A stretch of DNA of 64,000 nucleotides from a virus (lineage: Duplodnaviria; Caudoviricetes). Position 1 is the stretch's first letter, and each line of letters starts with the position of its first letter. The notes below the pieces were generated by a model. It saw nothing but the letters and a program-made list of their open reading frames with translations. It was not told the DNA's origin and made no database searches. Of this stretch, positions 18,012-28,600 are shown piece by piece. The DNA lies in the IMG/VR virus record IMGVR_UViG_3300046461_000123, positions 706 to 64,705 of that record; one strand, 5' to 3'. The translations under genes and the position numbers were made by a program.

Positions 18012-19940
18012 ATGCCGCTACAAGACATCAAGCTGCGTCCTGGGATCAACCGTGAAGGCACAGCCACGGCTGCGGAAGGGACGTGGTATGCGGGGAACAA
18101 CGTCAGGTTTCGTAGTGGACTGCCGGAGAAGATCGGTGGATGGAAGTCCGATGCATCGCACGTCGATCCGAACACGCCGCCCCCTTTCGGCAGCTTCTGG
18201 GGCATCTGCAGGCATCTCTTCAACTGGCTGACGCTGGCTCGCTCCAACATGCTGGGCATCGGCACCAGCATGAAGTACTACGTCCAGAACGGCATCGGCG
18301 GGATCATTTATGACGTGACGCCGATCAGTTCGACAACGCTGGCGGGGGACGTGACGTTCGCAGCGGTGAACGGGTCTGCGGTGCTGACCGTGACGGACAT
18401 GTCGAACGGCGCCTTTGCCGGCGACTTTGTGGTCTTCAGTGGCGCGGTGAGTCTGGGCGGCGCCATCACGGCTGCGGTGCTCAACCGCGAGTACCAGATT
18501 GTGACCATCATTAACCCGGACACCTACACGGTGGTGGCGTCGGTGCCGGCGAATGCGCTCGATGTGGGCAACGGGGGCGCTGCAGTCGTGGCTACGTATC
18601 TGCTGCCCATTGGCGATGACATCTTCACGCCAGGGCTGGGATGGGGCGCAGGCGGTTGGGGCGGCAGCACATACGGCACGCTGACTGGCTGGGGTGCATC
18701 AGCAGTGATGCCTTCATCCGTCGGGTTGCAGCCACGACTGTGGTCGGCATCGAATTTCGGTGAGCAGTTGCTGGTCAATCCGCGTGGCGAAGGCATCTAT
18801 CTGTGGGTGCCGAATGTCGATCCGAGCATCGTCGATCGGCTTGTGTTGCTGACTGGTGGCGACACGCCGATCGTGTGCAACCTGCTGCTTGTGTCGGACG
18901 CGTCGCGTTTCGTGCTCACCTTCGGCGTCAATGACTATGGCGAGACGGAGAAGGATCCGTTGCTTGTGCGCTGGTCCGATCAAGAGTCATACACGGAGTG
19001 GACGCCGAGTGCGACGAACCAAGCAGGCAGCTATCGGCTGAGCCAGGGCTCGGTCATTCTCGCTGCGGTGCAGACACGACAGGAAGTCCTCGTGTGGACC
19101 GATGCCGCGCTCTACTCGATGCAGTACCAGGGGCCGCCTTATGTGTGGAGCACGAACATTCTGGCGGACAACATCTCGCTGCTCGGTCCCAACGCGGTCT
19201 ACTCGTTCAACAACATCACCTACTGGATGGGAACGGACAAGTTCTATGTTTACAACGGTCGCGTGGAGCCGTTGCCATGCACGCTGCTGCGCTTCGTCTT
19301 CAGTGACATCAATGTCGAACAGGGGTTCCAGGCCCACGCCGGCCACAACGAGGCGTTCAACGAGGTGTGGTGGTTCTACTGCTCGGCTGACAGCACGGCG
19401 ATCGATCGCTATGTCATCTACAACTATCTCGAGAACGTCTGGAGTTATGGGGCGATGGTGCGCACGGCATGGCTTGACAGCCGGTTGCGTCCGCAGCCCA
19501 TCGGGGCTACGGGCGGGAACAAGCTCGTGTATCACGAGCTGGGTGCGGACAATGGGGAAATCGATCCAGCGGTTCCGGTGACGGCGTTCATCTCTTCGGC
19601 GCCAGTGGACATCGATTCAGGCCAGCGGTTCTCGTTCATTCGCCGCCTGCAGCCGGATGTGTCCTTCACGGGATCGACCGTGAATCAACCGGCCGTGACG
19701 CTGGGTCTTGCTGCGCGTCCGTTTGCTGGTGCGCCATACGGGGTTCGCCAGGACAATCAAGCGGCGAGTGCACAGGACTACAGCGCCGGGCAACGGTATC
19801 GGGTGCAGGAGTTCACGCAGGAGATCTATCCGCGGCTGCGTGGACAACAGGTCCAGTTCACCATCGAGTCGGCTGCGATCGGCGTGGCATGGCAGCTGGG
19901 CGTGATTCGTGTTGACGTGCGCCAGGATGGGCGGAAGTAG
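18012..19940 (+). CDS. Tail nozzle/head-stabilisation protein (P22 gp10/T7 gp12-like)
   Basis: 642 aa, beta-rich; NVRFRSGLPEKIGGW, VRWSDQE, EVWWFYCS, RTAWLD. Confidence 0.75.
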   Translation: MPLQDIKLRPGINREGTATAAEGTWYAGNNVRFRSGLPEKIGGWKSDASHVDPNTPPPFGSFWGICRHLFNWLTLARSNMLGIGTSMKYYVQNGIGGIIYDVTPISSTTLAGDVTFAAVNGSAVLTVTDMSNGAFAGDFVVFSGAVSLGGAITAAVLNREYQIVTIINPDTYTVVASVPANALDVGNGGAAVVATYLLPIGDDIFTPGLGWGAGGWGGSTYGTLTGWGASAVMPSSVGLQPRLWSASNFGEQLLVNPRGEGIYLWVPNVDPSIVDRLVLLTGGDTPIVCNLLLVSDASRFVLTFGVNDYGETEKDPLLVRWSDQESYTEWTPSATNQAGSYRLSQGSVILAAVQTRQEVLVWTDAALYSMQYQGPPYVWSTNILADNISLLGPNAVYSFNNITYWMGTDKFYVYNGRVEPLPCTLLRFVFSDINVEQGFQAHAGHNEAFNEVWWFYCSADSTAIDRYVIYNYLENVWSYGAMVRTAWLDSRLRPQPIGATGGNKLVYHELGADNGEIDPAVPVTAFISSAPVDIDSGQRFSFIRRLQPDVSFTGSTVNQPAVTLGLAARPFAGAPYGVRQDNQAASAQDYSAGQRYRVQEFTQEIYPRLRGQQVQFTIESAAIGVAWQLGVIRVDVRQDGRK

Positions 19941-19946
19941 GCAGCG

Positions 19947-20624
19947 GTGAGCTTCCTGCGCATCCCCACGCCGCCGCGCCTGCCGGATCCGGAGACCGAC
20001 AGCCCGCGATCCTTCACGGCACTGCTGTATGTGCTGCGGCTGTACTTCGCGCAGCTTGATGGCGTCATGCAGGCGTTGCTCGGGCGCAATGGCGGACAGT
20101 TCCTTGAGGTGCCATCGGCGAGCTACAACAACCCCAGCGATCAAGCCACGCTTGCTGGCACTGCGTTGGCCGTGCGCATACCGGACTTCACGCATGAGCA
20201 AGGTTTCACCAAGCCGACAGTTTCAAAGATTCAGCCGGACCATGCGGGCACGTACTACATGCAGTGCACGCTCAACTTCATCAACTCGGGTGGTTCGGAT
20301 CGACTCGTGAGCGCATGGCTGCGCAAGAGCGGCGTTGACGTGCCAACGTCGCGGGTGGATTCGACGATCCCCAGCAACGACATAAACAGCCTATCGATCG
20401 CCTACCTGGGTGACTTGCTGCCGACTGACACGCTTGAAGTGATGATGCTCTCACCCAACGTGGCTGCATTTCTGTACGCGGCGCCTGCGATTGGCGCCTT
20501 GCCGACGGGTGCGTCAGTGCGACTTAACATCCACTATGTCTCGAACGACAGCACAGTGCAAACCACGTCGTTATTGCACCGGGTAAAGAAGCGCACTGAC
20601 GGACATTCCGAGGAGTTCCCATGA
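19947..20624 (+). CDS. Putative virion protein
   Basis: 225 aa, GTG start; LRLYFAQLD N-terminus then beta-rich domain. Confidence 0.6.
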   Translation: MSFLRIPTPPRLPDPETDSPRSFTALLYVLRLYFAQLDGVMQALLGRNGGQFLEVPSASYNNPSDQATLAGTALAVRIPDFTHEQGFTKPTVSKIQPDHAGTYYMQCTLNFINSGGSDRLVSAWLRKSGVDVPTSRVDSTIPSNDINSLSIAYLGDLLPTDTLEVMMLSPNVAAFLYAAPAIGALPTGASVRLNIHYVSNDSTVQTTSLLHRVKKRTDGHSEEFP

Positions 20625-22858
20625 GTCTGCATCAACTAGCCCAGCAGGTTCGCGACAAGGGTCGTGGCGACGACACGGAGCTTGTGCACTTCACCAAGGG
20701 CGAGCTTGGCGGGTTGAACGCGCTGGCGCGTGCGATGTACGGCAGTGACTTGCCGCGCAACCCGTACACCGGGCTGCCGGAAGCGAGCTGGTTGAAGAAT
20801 CTCCTGCCGACCCTCGTGGGTGCGGCAACCACGTACTTCACCGGCAGTGATGTGGCCGGCGCTGCGGCGGGTGCAGCCGTTGGCGGGTATCAAGCCAACC
20901 GTGCCGGCGGCGACACGCTGGCAGGAGCGCTTGCAGGCGGTCTCGGCGGTTATGGCGGGGGTCAGCTGGCCTCGGGCCTCAACGCAGCGGGTGCGTCGGT
21001 GGATACGCCTGCTGCAGCTCCTGTCGCGGGACCTGCAGAGGGCGTCGATGCGACAGGCGGTCCGGAGACCGCTACGAACTACAAGGGCGCACCTGTACTG
21101 AAGCCACCGGGTACTCCGGAGTTTTCCTGGGAGCACATGAAGGCCGGTATCGGTGCGCTGGGTACGGCGGACGGCAGGACGGCTTTCGTCGGTACGGCTG
21201 CTGAGAAGGGGAAGCCGGCGACGGGCGCAGGCGGAGCACCGTATGCGGCACTGCTCAAGGCTGCGACGCCTTTGCTGGCGCCGCCAGCGGCCAGCTCCAG
21301 TTCGGGCGCTCCGCCGAAACGCGAGGCGCAGAAGTACGAGGGTCAGTGGGTGATGCGCGACGGGCAACCGTTTTTCGAGACGAAGAATGTCACGCACGGG
21401 CATGCCGAAGGCGGTGCAGTCAATACCTCGAAGGGTGTCACAAGCCAGAACGTGTTCGACTACCTCATGGGGGACGCCTCGTTGTTCAAGCCCCAGGTCA
21501 CGCCGCAAGCAATACCGGCAGCGCGAACGACGGTTGGTGGCGTTGGCGTGCCGCTCAACAGTGCTGGTGACGCCAGCACGGGCACGGGCAGCACGGGTGG
21601 TGGCGACACAGGTCCAGGCGGCGCTGGTGGTTCCGGCGGCACGAGCACTTCAGCAGGTGACACGGGTGCGCCGTCAGGAGTGTCTTCAGCCGTAGGTCAA
21701 GGTATCGGCGCGGCTGTTGGCACGGTCGCTGGTATAGGCCCGACCGCTGGTGCAGCAATCGGAGGTGGGCTGGCTGGTTTGTCACAGGATGCTGCGGCAA
21801 ATGCACCTAACTCGGCTGTCAATTCCCCGACAGCGGGTATCGCAGTTGCGCCTGCCGATGCCGCAGCGGCAGCTAACGCTCCATCCGGTGTTGCGCCTGT
21901 AAGCCCCGAAGCGCAGGCGTCGATAGAAGGCATGATCAGCGCGGATGCTGCTGCGTCTGCGGCTGATTCAGGCGATGCCGCAGCTGCAGGAGATGCTGCA
22001 GCGGGTGCCGGTGGCGGTTCAGGCGCAGATGCGGGTGGTACGGGCGCACCAGGGACCGGTAGCAGCTCTGGAGACTCGGCTACATCCGGTGATACCGGTA
22101 GTGGCGGTGGTGGCGGCGGGGGTGGCGGTTGCTATGTGACGGAAGCCATGTCCCGTGCAGGCAAGAGCGACAACGCGGTTGAGCTCGGTGTCATGCGTGA
22201 TTTCCGCGACAACGTGATGCTGAAGGACCCGAAGCTGGCCAAGCTCGTGCAGAAGTACTACGAGACGGCACCGAGCGTTGTGGCGACGATCAATCAGCGT
22301 GAAGACGCACCGGAAATCTATGACCTGATGCGCGAGCGCTACCTCAAGCCCGGTGTGCAGCAGGTGATGGATGGCGACACCAAGGGTGCGCTCAAGACCT
22401 ATGCGGACATGCTGTCGTTCATGGCGCCGCTCGCACGCACGCCGGTTGGCGACAAGCTCGCGACAGGAGCTGAAAAGGTCAGCGATACGTTGGGGCAGAA
22501 GGGCTCCGTGGCGTTGCAGAGTGGCGGCTTCGTCTTCCCGGCTGACGTGGTGTCGGCTGTTGGCGCCGGCAGCAGCAATGCGGGGCTCGAGGCGCTGGCC
22601 AAGCACTATGGCGCGCAGCCGATTGCTGGCCAGGGTCACGGCCAGAGCGACGACATTCCTGCGACGATCGATGGCCAGCAACCAGCGCGTGTGGCCCGCG
22701 ACGAAGCGGTGCTCGATGCGGATCAGGTGGCGCGCATCGGCGGTGGTGACAGCAAGCGGGGCGCCAAGAAGCTGTACGACGTGATGGCGCGTGTGCGCAA
22801 GCAATCGATGGGTACGACTAGGCAGATGCGGCCGGTCAACCTGAAGGAACTGGCATGA
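20621..22858 (+). CDS. Internal virion/ejection protein with CFI-box-like domain
   Basis: GRGDDTELVH...NPYTGLPE N-terminus, Gly/Ala-rich hydrophobic segments, GGGCYVTEA...MRDFRD...YYETAP, GHGQSDDIPA. Confidence 0.7.
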   Translation: MSLHQLAQQVRDKGRGDDTELVHFTKGELGGLNALARAMYGSDLPRNPYTGLPEASWLKNLLPTLVGAATTYFTGSDVAGAAAGAAVGGYQANRAGGDTLAGALAGGLGGYGGGQLASGLNAAGASVDTPAAAPVAGPAEGVDATGGPETATNYKGAPVLKPPGTPEFSWEHMKAGIGALGTADGRTAFVGTAAEKGKPATGAGGAPYAALLKAATPLLAPPAASSSSGAPPKREAQKYEGQWVMRDGQPFFETKNVTHGHAEGGAVNTSKGVTSQNVFDYLMGDASLFKPQVTPQAIPAARTTVGGVGVPLNSAGDASTGTGSTGGGDTGPGGAGGSGGTSTSAGDTGAPSGVSSAVGQGIGAAVGTVAGIGPTAGAAIGGGLAGLSQDAAANAPNSAVNSPTAGIAVAPADAAAAANAPSGVAPVSPEAQASIEGMISADAAASAADSGDAAAAGDAAAGAGGGSGADAGGTGAPGTGSSSGDSATSGDTGSGGGGGGGGGCYVTEAMSRAGKSDNAVELGVMRDFRDNVMLKDPKLAKLVQKYYETAPSVVATINQREDAPEIYDLMRERYLKPGVQQVMDGDTKGALKTYADMLSFMAPLARTPVGDKLATGAEKVSDTLGQKGSVALQSGGFVFPADVVSAVGAGSSNAGLEALAKHYGAQPIAGQGHGQSDDIPATIDGQQPARVARDEAVLDADQVARIGGGDSKRGAKKLYDVMARVRKQSMGTTRQMRPVNLKELA

Positions 22859-25638
22859 AGGCAACTCACACGACGAAGACGGTCAAGCCGTTGCGCTATG
22901 CCGGTGGCGGGATCACGGCGCTGATGCCGAAGATACAGAAGAGCACGAAGAAGCCGCGGTTGCGCTACGCCGATGGCGGGACTACCTCGACGCAGTACAT
23001 CAGCAATGTTCCGGCTGGCGGCGAGGAAGCCTACGGACGGCTTGTCGGGCGTGTGGAAGACCTGACGAGTGCGAACCAGCAGCCACCGCAGTATCAAGGC
23101 GAGCGGCTCGCGCAGTTCACGCCTCTGCAGAAGCAGGGCTTCAGCACGCTTGCCGGGGTCACTCCGAGCGCGGACACGCAGGCCGCTGGCGATCTCGCTC
23201 AACAGGCGACGCAGCAGGCGCTTGGCACGAGCTATGACCCACGCACGTTCAGTGCGGGTCCGGGACCGCAGCAAGTCACCTCACAGAACTTCACGCAGCC
23301 GGGCACTGCGCAGGAGTACATGAACCCGTACATGCAGAACGTGGTGGACATCCAGAAGCGCGAAGCGACGCGTGCGGATGACATCGCGCGGACGAAGCGC
23401 AATGCTGCAGCGGTGAACGCGGGTGCGTATGGCGGCAGCCGCCAAGCCATTGTCGAGTCAGAAGCGGGACGCAACCTCGCACAGCAGCAGAACGACATCC
23501 AGGCACAGGGTGCGAACGCTGCGTTCCAGCAGGCCCAGCAGCAGTTCAATGCCGATCAGGGACGCAGCGTCACGGCACAGACGGCCAACCAGAACGCGGG
23601 ATTGATGTACGGCAATCAAGACCTCGAGGCGCAACGCTTGGGCGAGGCGTCGAATCAGTTCGGCGCGACGCTCGGACTGCAGGGTACGCAAGCGGGCATC
23701 CAAGGCGCTGCCACGCTGGCCGGTGTTGGCAACACGGAGTTCACGCAAGGGCTGCAGGGCGCGCAGTCGCAGATCACGGGCGGCACGCAGCAGCAACAGA
23801 ACGTCCAGCAGGGGCTGGATCAAGCGTACGGGACGTTTCAAGACGAGAAGAATCTGCCCTATCAGCAGATTGGTTTCCTGTCGGACATCTTGCGCGGTAC
23901 GCAAGGCTCGACGCGCTCCATGTACACGACGCCAGCAGCGCCGTCCACCTTGCAAACGCTGGCGGGACTGGCGCCGCTTCTTGGCGGTCTGTCGCAGAAG
24001 AACAGCATCTTCGGCGCGCGGGGCGGAGCCATCAAGTCCGATGCCATCGGTCGCGGGCTTGCGCGCATTGCGCCGGACAGTGTGGGTGATTTCGCTCAAG
24101 GCGGGATCATCGGTTTTGCCGAAGGCGGCACGGCGGACTGGGCGGACTTCGACCGTCCACCGCCTTCACGCAGCGTAGGTCCGCAGCAGCCGCGCCGGTT
24201 GCCGTTCTCATCGGCGACAAAGGCTGCGGCTGCAGAAGATGCGGCAGCAAGGGCCGCTGCTGTAGAAGGCGCGGCTGCAAGGGCCGCTGCTGCAGAAGGG
24301 GCGACTGCAGAGCTGGCACCTGGGGTGGCGCGAGCGGTCATCGGCAGGGCGGGCTTGCCACTGGCGCTGGGTACTACAGCCTTGCAGCTGTACAACGCCA
24401 ACCAAGACGCCTACGACGAAACGGGTGCGGCCAAGATCACGGACACGGATGCTGGTGCACGGTTCGCGATGAACGGGGGCTTCACCGGAGAGGTGGAACC
24501 TCCGCCGCCGCCAAAGCCCGAAAAGCCTGCAGCAGCGCCAGCGGCGCCGACTGGGATCGATACGGGCGAAGTCGAGCCCAAGTCACCGGCAACCGCTGCC
24601 GGAGCGGGGATCGGCGCTACGGGTGTCGCGCAGATCAAGGCACCGCAGATCGACATGCCTACTGGCGTGGGCAGTGGCCCGCCTCCACAGACGATTGCCC
24701 AGATGCTTGCATCGCAGAAGGCTGCCGGCGTCGATTACGACAAGCTGGGAACGGAAGGGCAGGCCGGCATCGATCGTGTTGGTGCGCTCGACGTGAAGTC
24801 TGCTAAGGAGGAAGCGGCGGGGATCGCGGCGCTGCACGAGAAGATGGGGCAGGCGTCGTTGAAGCGCGAGGAGCGGCTCAAGGAGCAAGGCACGACGATG
24901 GGTGGTGATGCGTTGATTCGTACGGGTCTGGCGATCCTCACGGCAGATCCGCAACATGGCTGGGTCAACGCAGTGGCGTCTGGCGCCAAGATCGGGTTCG
25001 AGGACTACACGGACCGCAAGGCGAAGCTGGATGCGTCGCTGGATACGTTGCTCGAAGCGCGTGAACAGCGTGATTTCGCCAAGGGCAAGGACATACTCGC
25101 GGCCAACAAGGCAGTGCGTACAGCCGAGCGCGACTGGCAGAGTGCGAAGGTCACTTTCGGCAACGCCCTTGGCCTGAAGAAGACCGAGAACGCCGAAGCG
25201 GTGTTCAAGTCCTACGAGGATCACGTCGAGAAGGCGGCGGATCGTGCGAACACATCGGGCAACGCATTGTTGGCTGCGCGGACGCAGGTGCAGATTCACA
25301 ACGCTGCCAACGCGCTCGCGGCCGACACGCACAACGCCGAGATCGAGGGCCGGCTTCAGTACGGTCGCGAGATCTATGGCGCAGGCGGACGCGGCGGTGG
25401 CGCTGCCAACAAGCAGCTGGTGCCGGGGACCGCTGCATTCGAGACAGCGGTGCGCGGCGCCGTCGCGCAGTTGCTGAAGGCAGGCCCGGTGCGTGATGCG
25501 CACGGCAACCCGATACTGGATCCGAAGCTGCAGGTGCAGGAAGCGCGCCGGCAGGCGATCGCGAACATACAGGCTGGTGGTGCACCAGCGGTCGATGCGA
25601 CTGGTTGGGGCACGCCTGTCAAGCAGCCCGATCAATAG
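22855..25638 (+). CDS. Internal virion/DNA-ejection protein
   Basis: 927 aa, Gln/Ala-rich; YMNPYMQNVV, AGAYGGSRQA, PYQQIGFLSDILRG. Confidence 0.7.
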   Translation: MKATHTTKTVKPLRYAGGGITALMPKIQKSTKKPRLRYADGGTTSTQYISNVPAGGEEAYGRLVGRVEDLTSANQQPPQYQGERLAQFTPLQKQGFSTLAGVTPSADTQAAGDLAQQATQQALGTSYDPRTFSAGPGPQQVTSQNFTQPGTAQEYMNPYMQNVVDIQKREATRADDIARTKRNAAAVNAGAYGGSRQAIVESEAGRNLAQQQNDIQAQGANAAFQQAQQQFNADQGRSVTAQTANQNAGLMYGNQDLEAQRLGEASNQFGATLGLQGTQAGIQGAATLAGVGNTEFTQGLQGAQSQITGGTQQQQNVQQGLDQAYGTFQDEKNLPYQQIGFLSDILRGTQGSTRSMYTTPAAPSTLQTLAGLAPLLGGLSQKNSIFGARGGAIKSDAIGRGLARIAPDSVGDFAQGGIIGFAEGGTADWADFDRPPPSRSVGPQQPRRLPFSSATKAAAAEDAAARAAAVEGAAARAAAAEGATAELAPGVARAVIGRAGLPLALGTTALQLYNANQDAYDETGAAKITDTDAGARFAMNGGFTGEVEPPPPPKPEKPAAAPAAPTGIDTGEVEPKSPATAAGAGIGATGVAQIKAPQIDMPTGVGSGPPPQTIAQMLASQKAAGVDYDKLGTEGQAGIDRVGALDVKSAKEEAAGIAALHEKMGQASLKREERLKEQGTTMGGDALIRTGLAILTADPQHGWVNAVASGAKIGFEDYTDRKAKLDASLDTLLEAREQRDFAKGKDILAANKAVRTAERDWQSAKVTFGNALGLKKTENAEAVFKSYEDHVEKAADRANTSGNALLAARTQVQIHNAANALAADTHNAEIEGRLQYGREIYGAGGRGGGAANKQLVPGTAAFETAVRGAVAQLLKAGPVRDAHGNPILDPKLQVQEARRQAIANIQAGGAPAVDATGWGTPVKQPDQ

Positions 25639-25647
25639 GACACGTAC

Positions 25648-28600
25648 ATGCCTACCTACAGCATCACTGCGCCCAACGGGCGCACGTACCGGATGACGGG
25701 GCCGGACGGGCTGGAGCAGGCCGACTTGATCGCGCACGTCATGGAGTTCGATCCAGACGCGGGCATACCACCTCCGCCGCCAAAGACGGGTGTTGGCGCT
25801 GCGTTCGCGTCGGGGCTCGAGAACATGTACACGTCGGGTCGGACTGCCCTAAAGGGCGCTTTCGGCGATCCGGTGGCAGCGGCGCAGGAAGGGCTGGCAG
25901 CACAGCAGGCCCAGGAGCAGGAGTACGACCCGCAGGTTGGGACGCAGCGGGTCCGCGAAGCATGGAACAAGGATGGCCTGCTGGGGGCTGCCGGTGAAGT
26001 CGTTAAGCAGGCGCCGCGTGCGATCGCACAGTCGCTTCCCGAGATGGGCGCGATGTTCACTGGTGCCCGGCTTGGTGCGATGGCCGGCAGTGCGATCGCA
26101 CCCGGTCTCGGCACGATCGTCGGTGGCGTTGGCGGCGGCATCCTGGGTGGGCTGTTGCCGCAGGCTGGCCGGAACATGGTCACGCAGCAGGAGACGCATC
26201 CGGGTGATGTCAGTGTCGGCAAAGCGTACGGCGCTGGTGCGGCACAGGCCGCACTCGAGGAGGTGACGCCGCTGGCGCTCATGGGCACACGCGTTGCCAG
26301 CAAGGTGTTCGGCAGGGATATGCCGGGGCTCATTGCACGCCTCGGTCCCGAGGCTGCCGAAGAAGTCGCGCAGGCGAGCCTGAAGTCAACGCTCGCAAAG
26401 GGCGCGCTGCACGGGGCTGTCGGTGAAGGCACTACCGAGGTGATGCAGGAAGCGCTGGGTCGGTTGCAGGCCGGGCAGTCGCTGACCGATGCCGACGCGA
26501 TGCAGGCGTACGGTGAAGCTGCCTACGGTGGAGTGATTGCCGGCACGCCAATGGGCGCTGCTGGTCACGCTTACGAACGTAGCGGGGCCAAGCAGGAGGT
26601 AGCGGCCGGGCAAGCGGCGGCAGCGCAGCAAGAGGCGCAGCGCGCGGCTGAAGCGCGGGCAGCTGCGGAGCAAGCCGCAACGGCAGCCGATGCGCAGCGC
26701 AAGGCGGATCCGCAATATGCCGCGCAGGTGGAAGAGCAGTACCTCGCGCATGAGGCGAAGACGAAAGAGCTGCTGGCGCGCAAGGCGGCATACAGGGCCG
26801 AGAAGACGCAGGCCGGCTTCGCCGCGATGAAGGACATCGACGAGGAACTCAAGGCCCACATCGCTGGCGGCAAGGATCTCGTTGACGCGTACAACGCCAC
26901 CCGACCGATACGGGAAGCGGCAGCTGCCGCCAATGCAGCCACTGCCGCTGCCCAGGCCGCTCCGCCGGAACCGGGCACACCCGTGGCGCCTGAAGGGGCG
27001 CTGTTCGGCGGCTACGAGGATGCCAAGGCGCAGGAGCGCATAGACGCGCTGCAAATGCAGATCACCGAACGTGGGCAAGACCTGACCACGGCAAACGAGC
27101 AGGTGATGGGCATCATGCGCTCGGGCACCAGTGCCCAGATCGCGCAAGCGCGGATCGGCCTGAAGCAGCGTGAGACGGAGCTGCAGGCGGCGCGGGACGA
27201 GCTTGACAAGCTGGCGCCAGGGCTGCGCGCGAAGCAGGAAGCCGACGCGGCTGCCGCGGATGCGGCGGCGATCGAGCGGATGAACTTCAATCCCGAGGTG
27301 GCGCAGCAGAAGATCGTCGCGCTGACGGACAAGCTCCAGCAGGTCAACGACCCGAGCGAAGCCAGGAAGGCCGAAGGCTGGGCACGCGAACGTGAGCACT
27401 TGCAGACATTGCTGGCGGAACATGCCGCCGACACCGGGCCGGGCGCGACCGAGACGGAGCCGACCTACGGCGAGGACTTGTTCCAGCTCGGACACCGGGT
27501 CCGGGCCGAAGAAAAGCTGTCGGGCATGCGCCAGCTTGCCCAGCAGCGGGGTCTAGAGGCGCTAGGACGCGGCGAAGCGACCCAGGCGTGGCCAGACCTT
27601 GATCCGCGCTCCCACGAGCCGCCAGGGACGCCCTACGGCGACACGGCGGAGAACTTGGCGCGGGAAACGGACGACGCGTTCAACCGGGCTTTCGCTTCCA
27701 AGCAGCGCATGGCCGCGCTCGATGCGCTGGCAACGTCCGGTGACGAGGACGCGCGCTTCGTGCAGATCGCCATGCGCAGCCCGATCACGGGTGAAGGCGG
27801 CGCGATCGTCGAGCATCTGGCCAGCCTGCCGGCGGACGAGCGCATGAACGCGGCCCGCTCGCTGCAGGACTTCGGCAAGACGATCAAGCAGCGCCTGCAT
27901 GAAGGGCTGAAGACGGCGCGTGCCGGCGGCGATCGCATTCGCGCCGAGAGCTTCATCGATGCGATCCGGTCCATAACGGCGACGGAGCAGCAGACGAAGG
28001 GGCGTGCGCACTACACGGCCGACTTCTACAACACGGCTGCCCGGTTGGTTCCAGGCGTGTACCAGGGTGCGCGCGAAGCGGTGGGGATGAGTGCTGCCGC
28101 GACGACGCCCGAGCAGCAGGCGCGTGCCAGCGCCGGGCGGCACTTTCAGGTGCTGGACGATCTGCAGAAGCGCATGCAGGGCGTGGCCGATCCGCGGGCC
28201 ACGGCGGCGATGCAGGCGGTGGCCGACGAAGGCGAAGCCGATGTCGCGCCCCCGCAGCGGCGCGCTCGCGAGGATGTCACTGGCCAAGCCATGCTGTTCG
28301 AGCCAGCGGCCGGGCCGGCGCCAACCGCGGACACGCCCCGTCAGCTGGTGCGCCAGCGCATCGACAAGCTGCTCGCCACGCCCGGTCTGTCCGGTCAGGC
28401 GCGGGCGACGTTGCGCCGTGCGGCGGACGTGGTGGGTGGTGCGGCCGAAGGTGCCGGCCATGTTCCCGTACGTGTTCTGGAGAACATCACCGAGATGGTC
28501 ACGCGGGCCGAGCGGGGCGTCGGTGCCAAGACGGCCGAAGTGCGCCGTCCGCTGGAACCGTCAGCGCCGCGCGAGGTGCAGGGCACGGGCGTGCTTGTCG

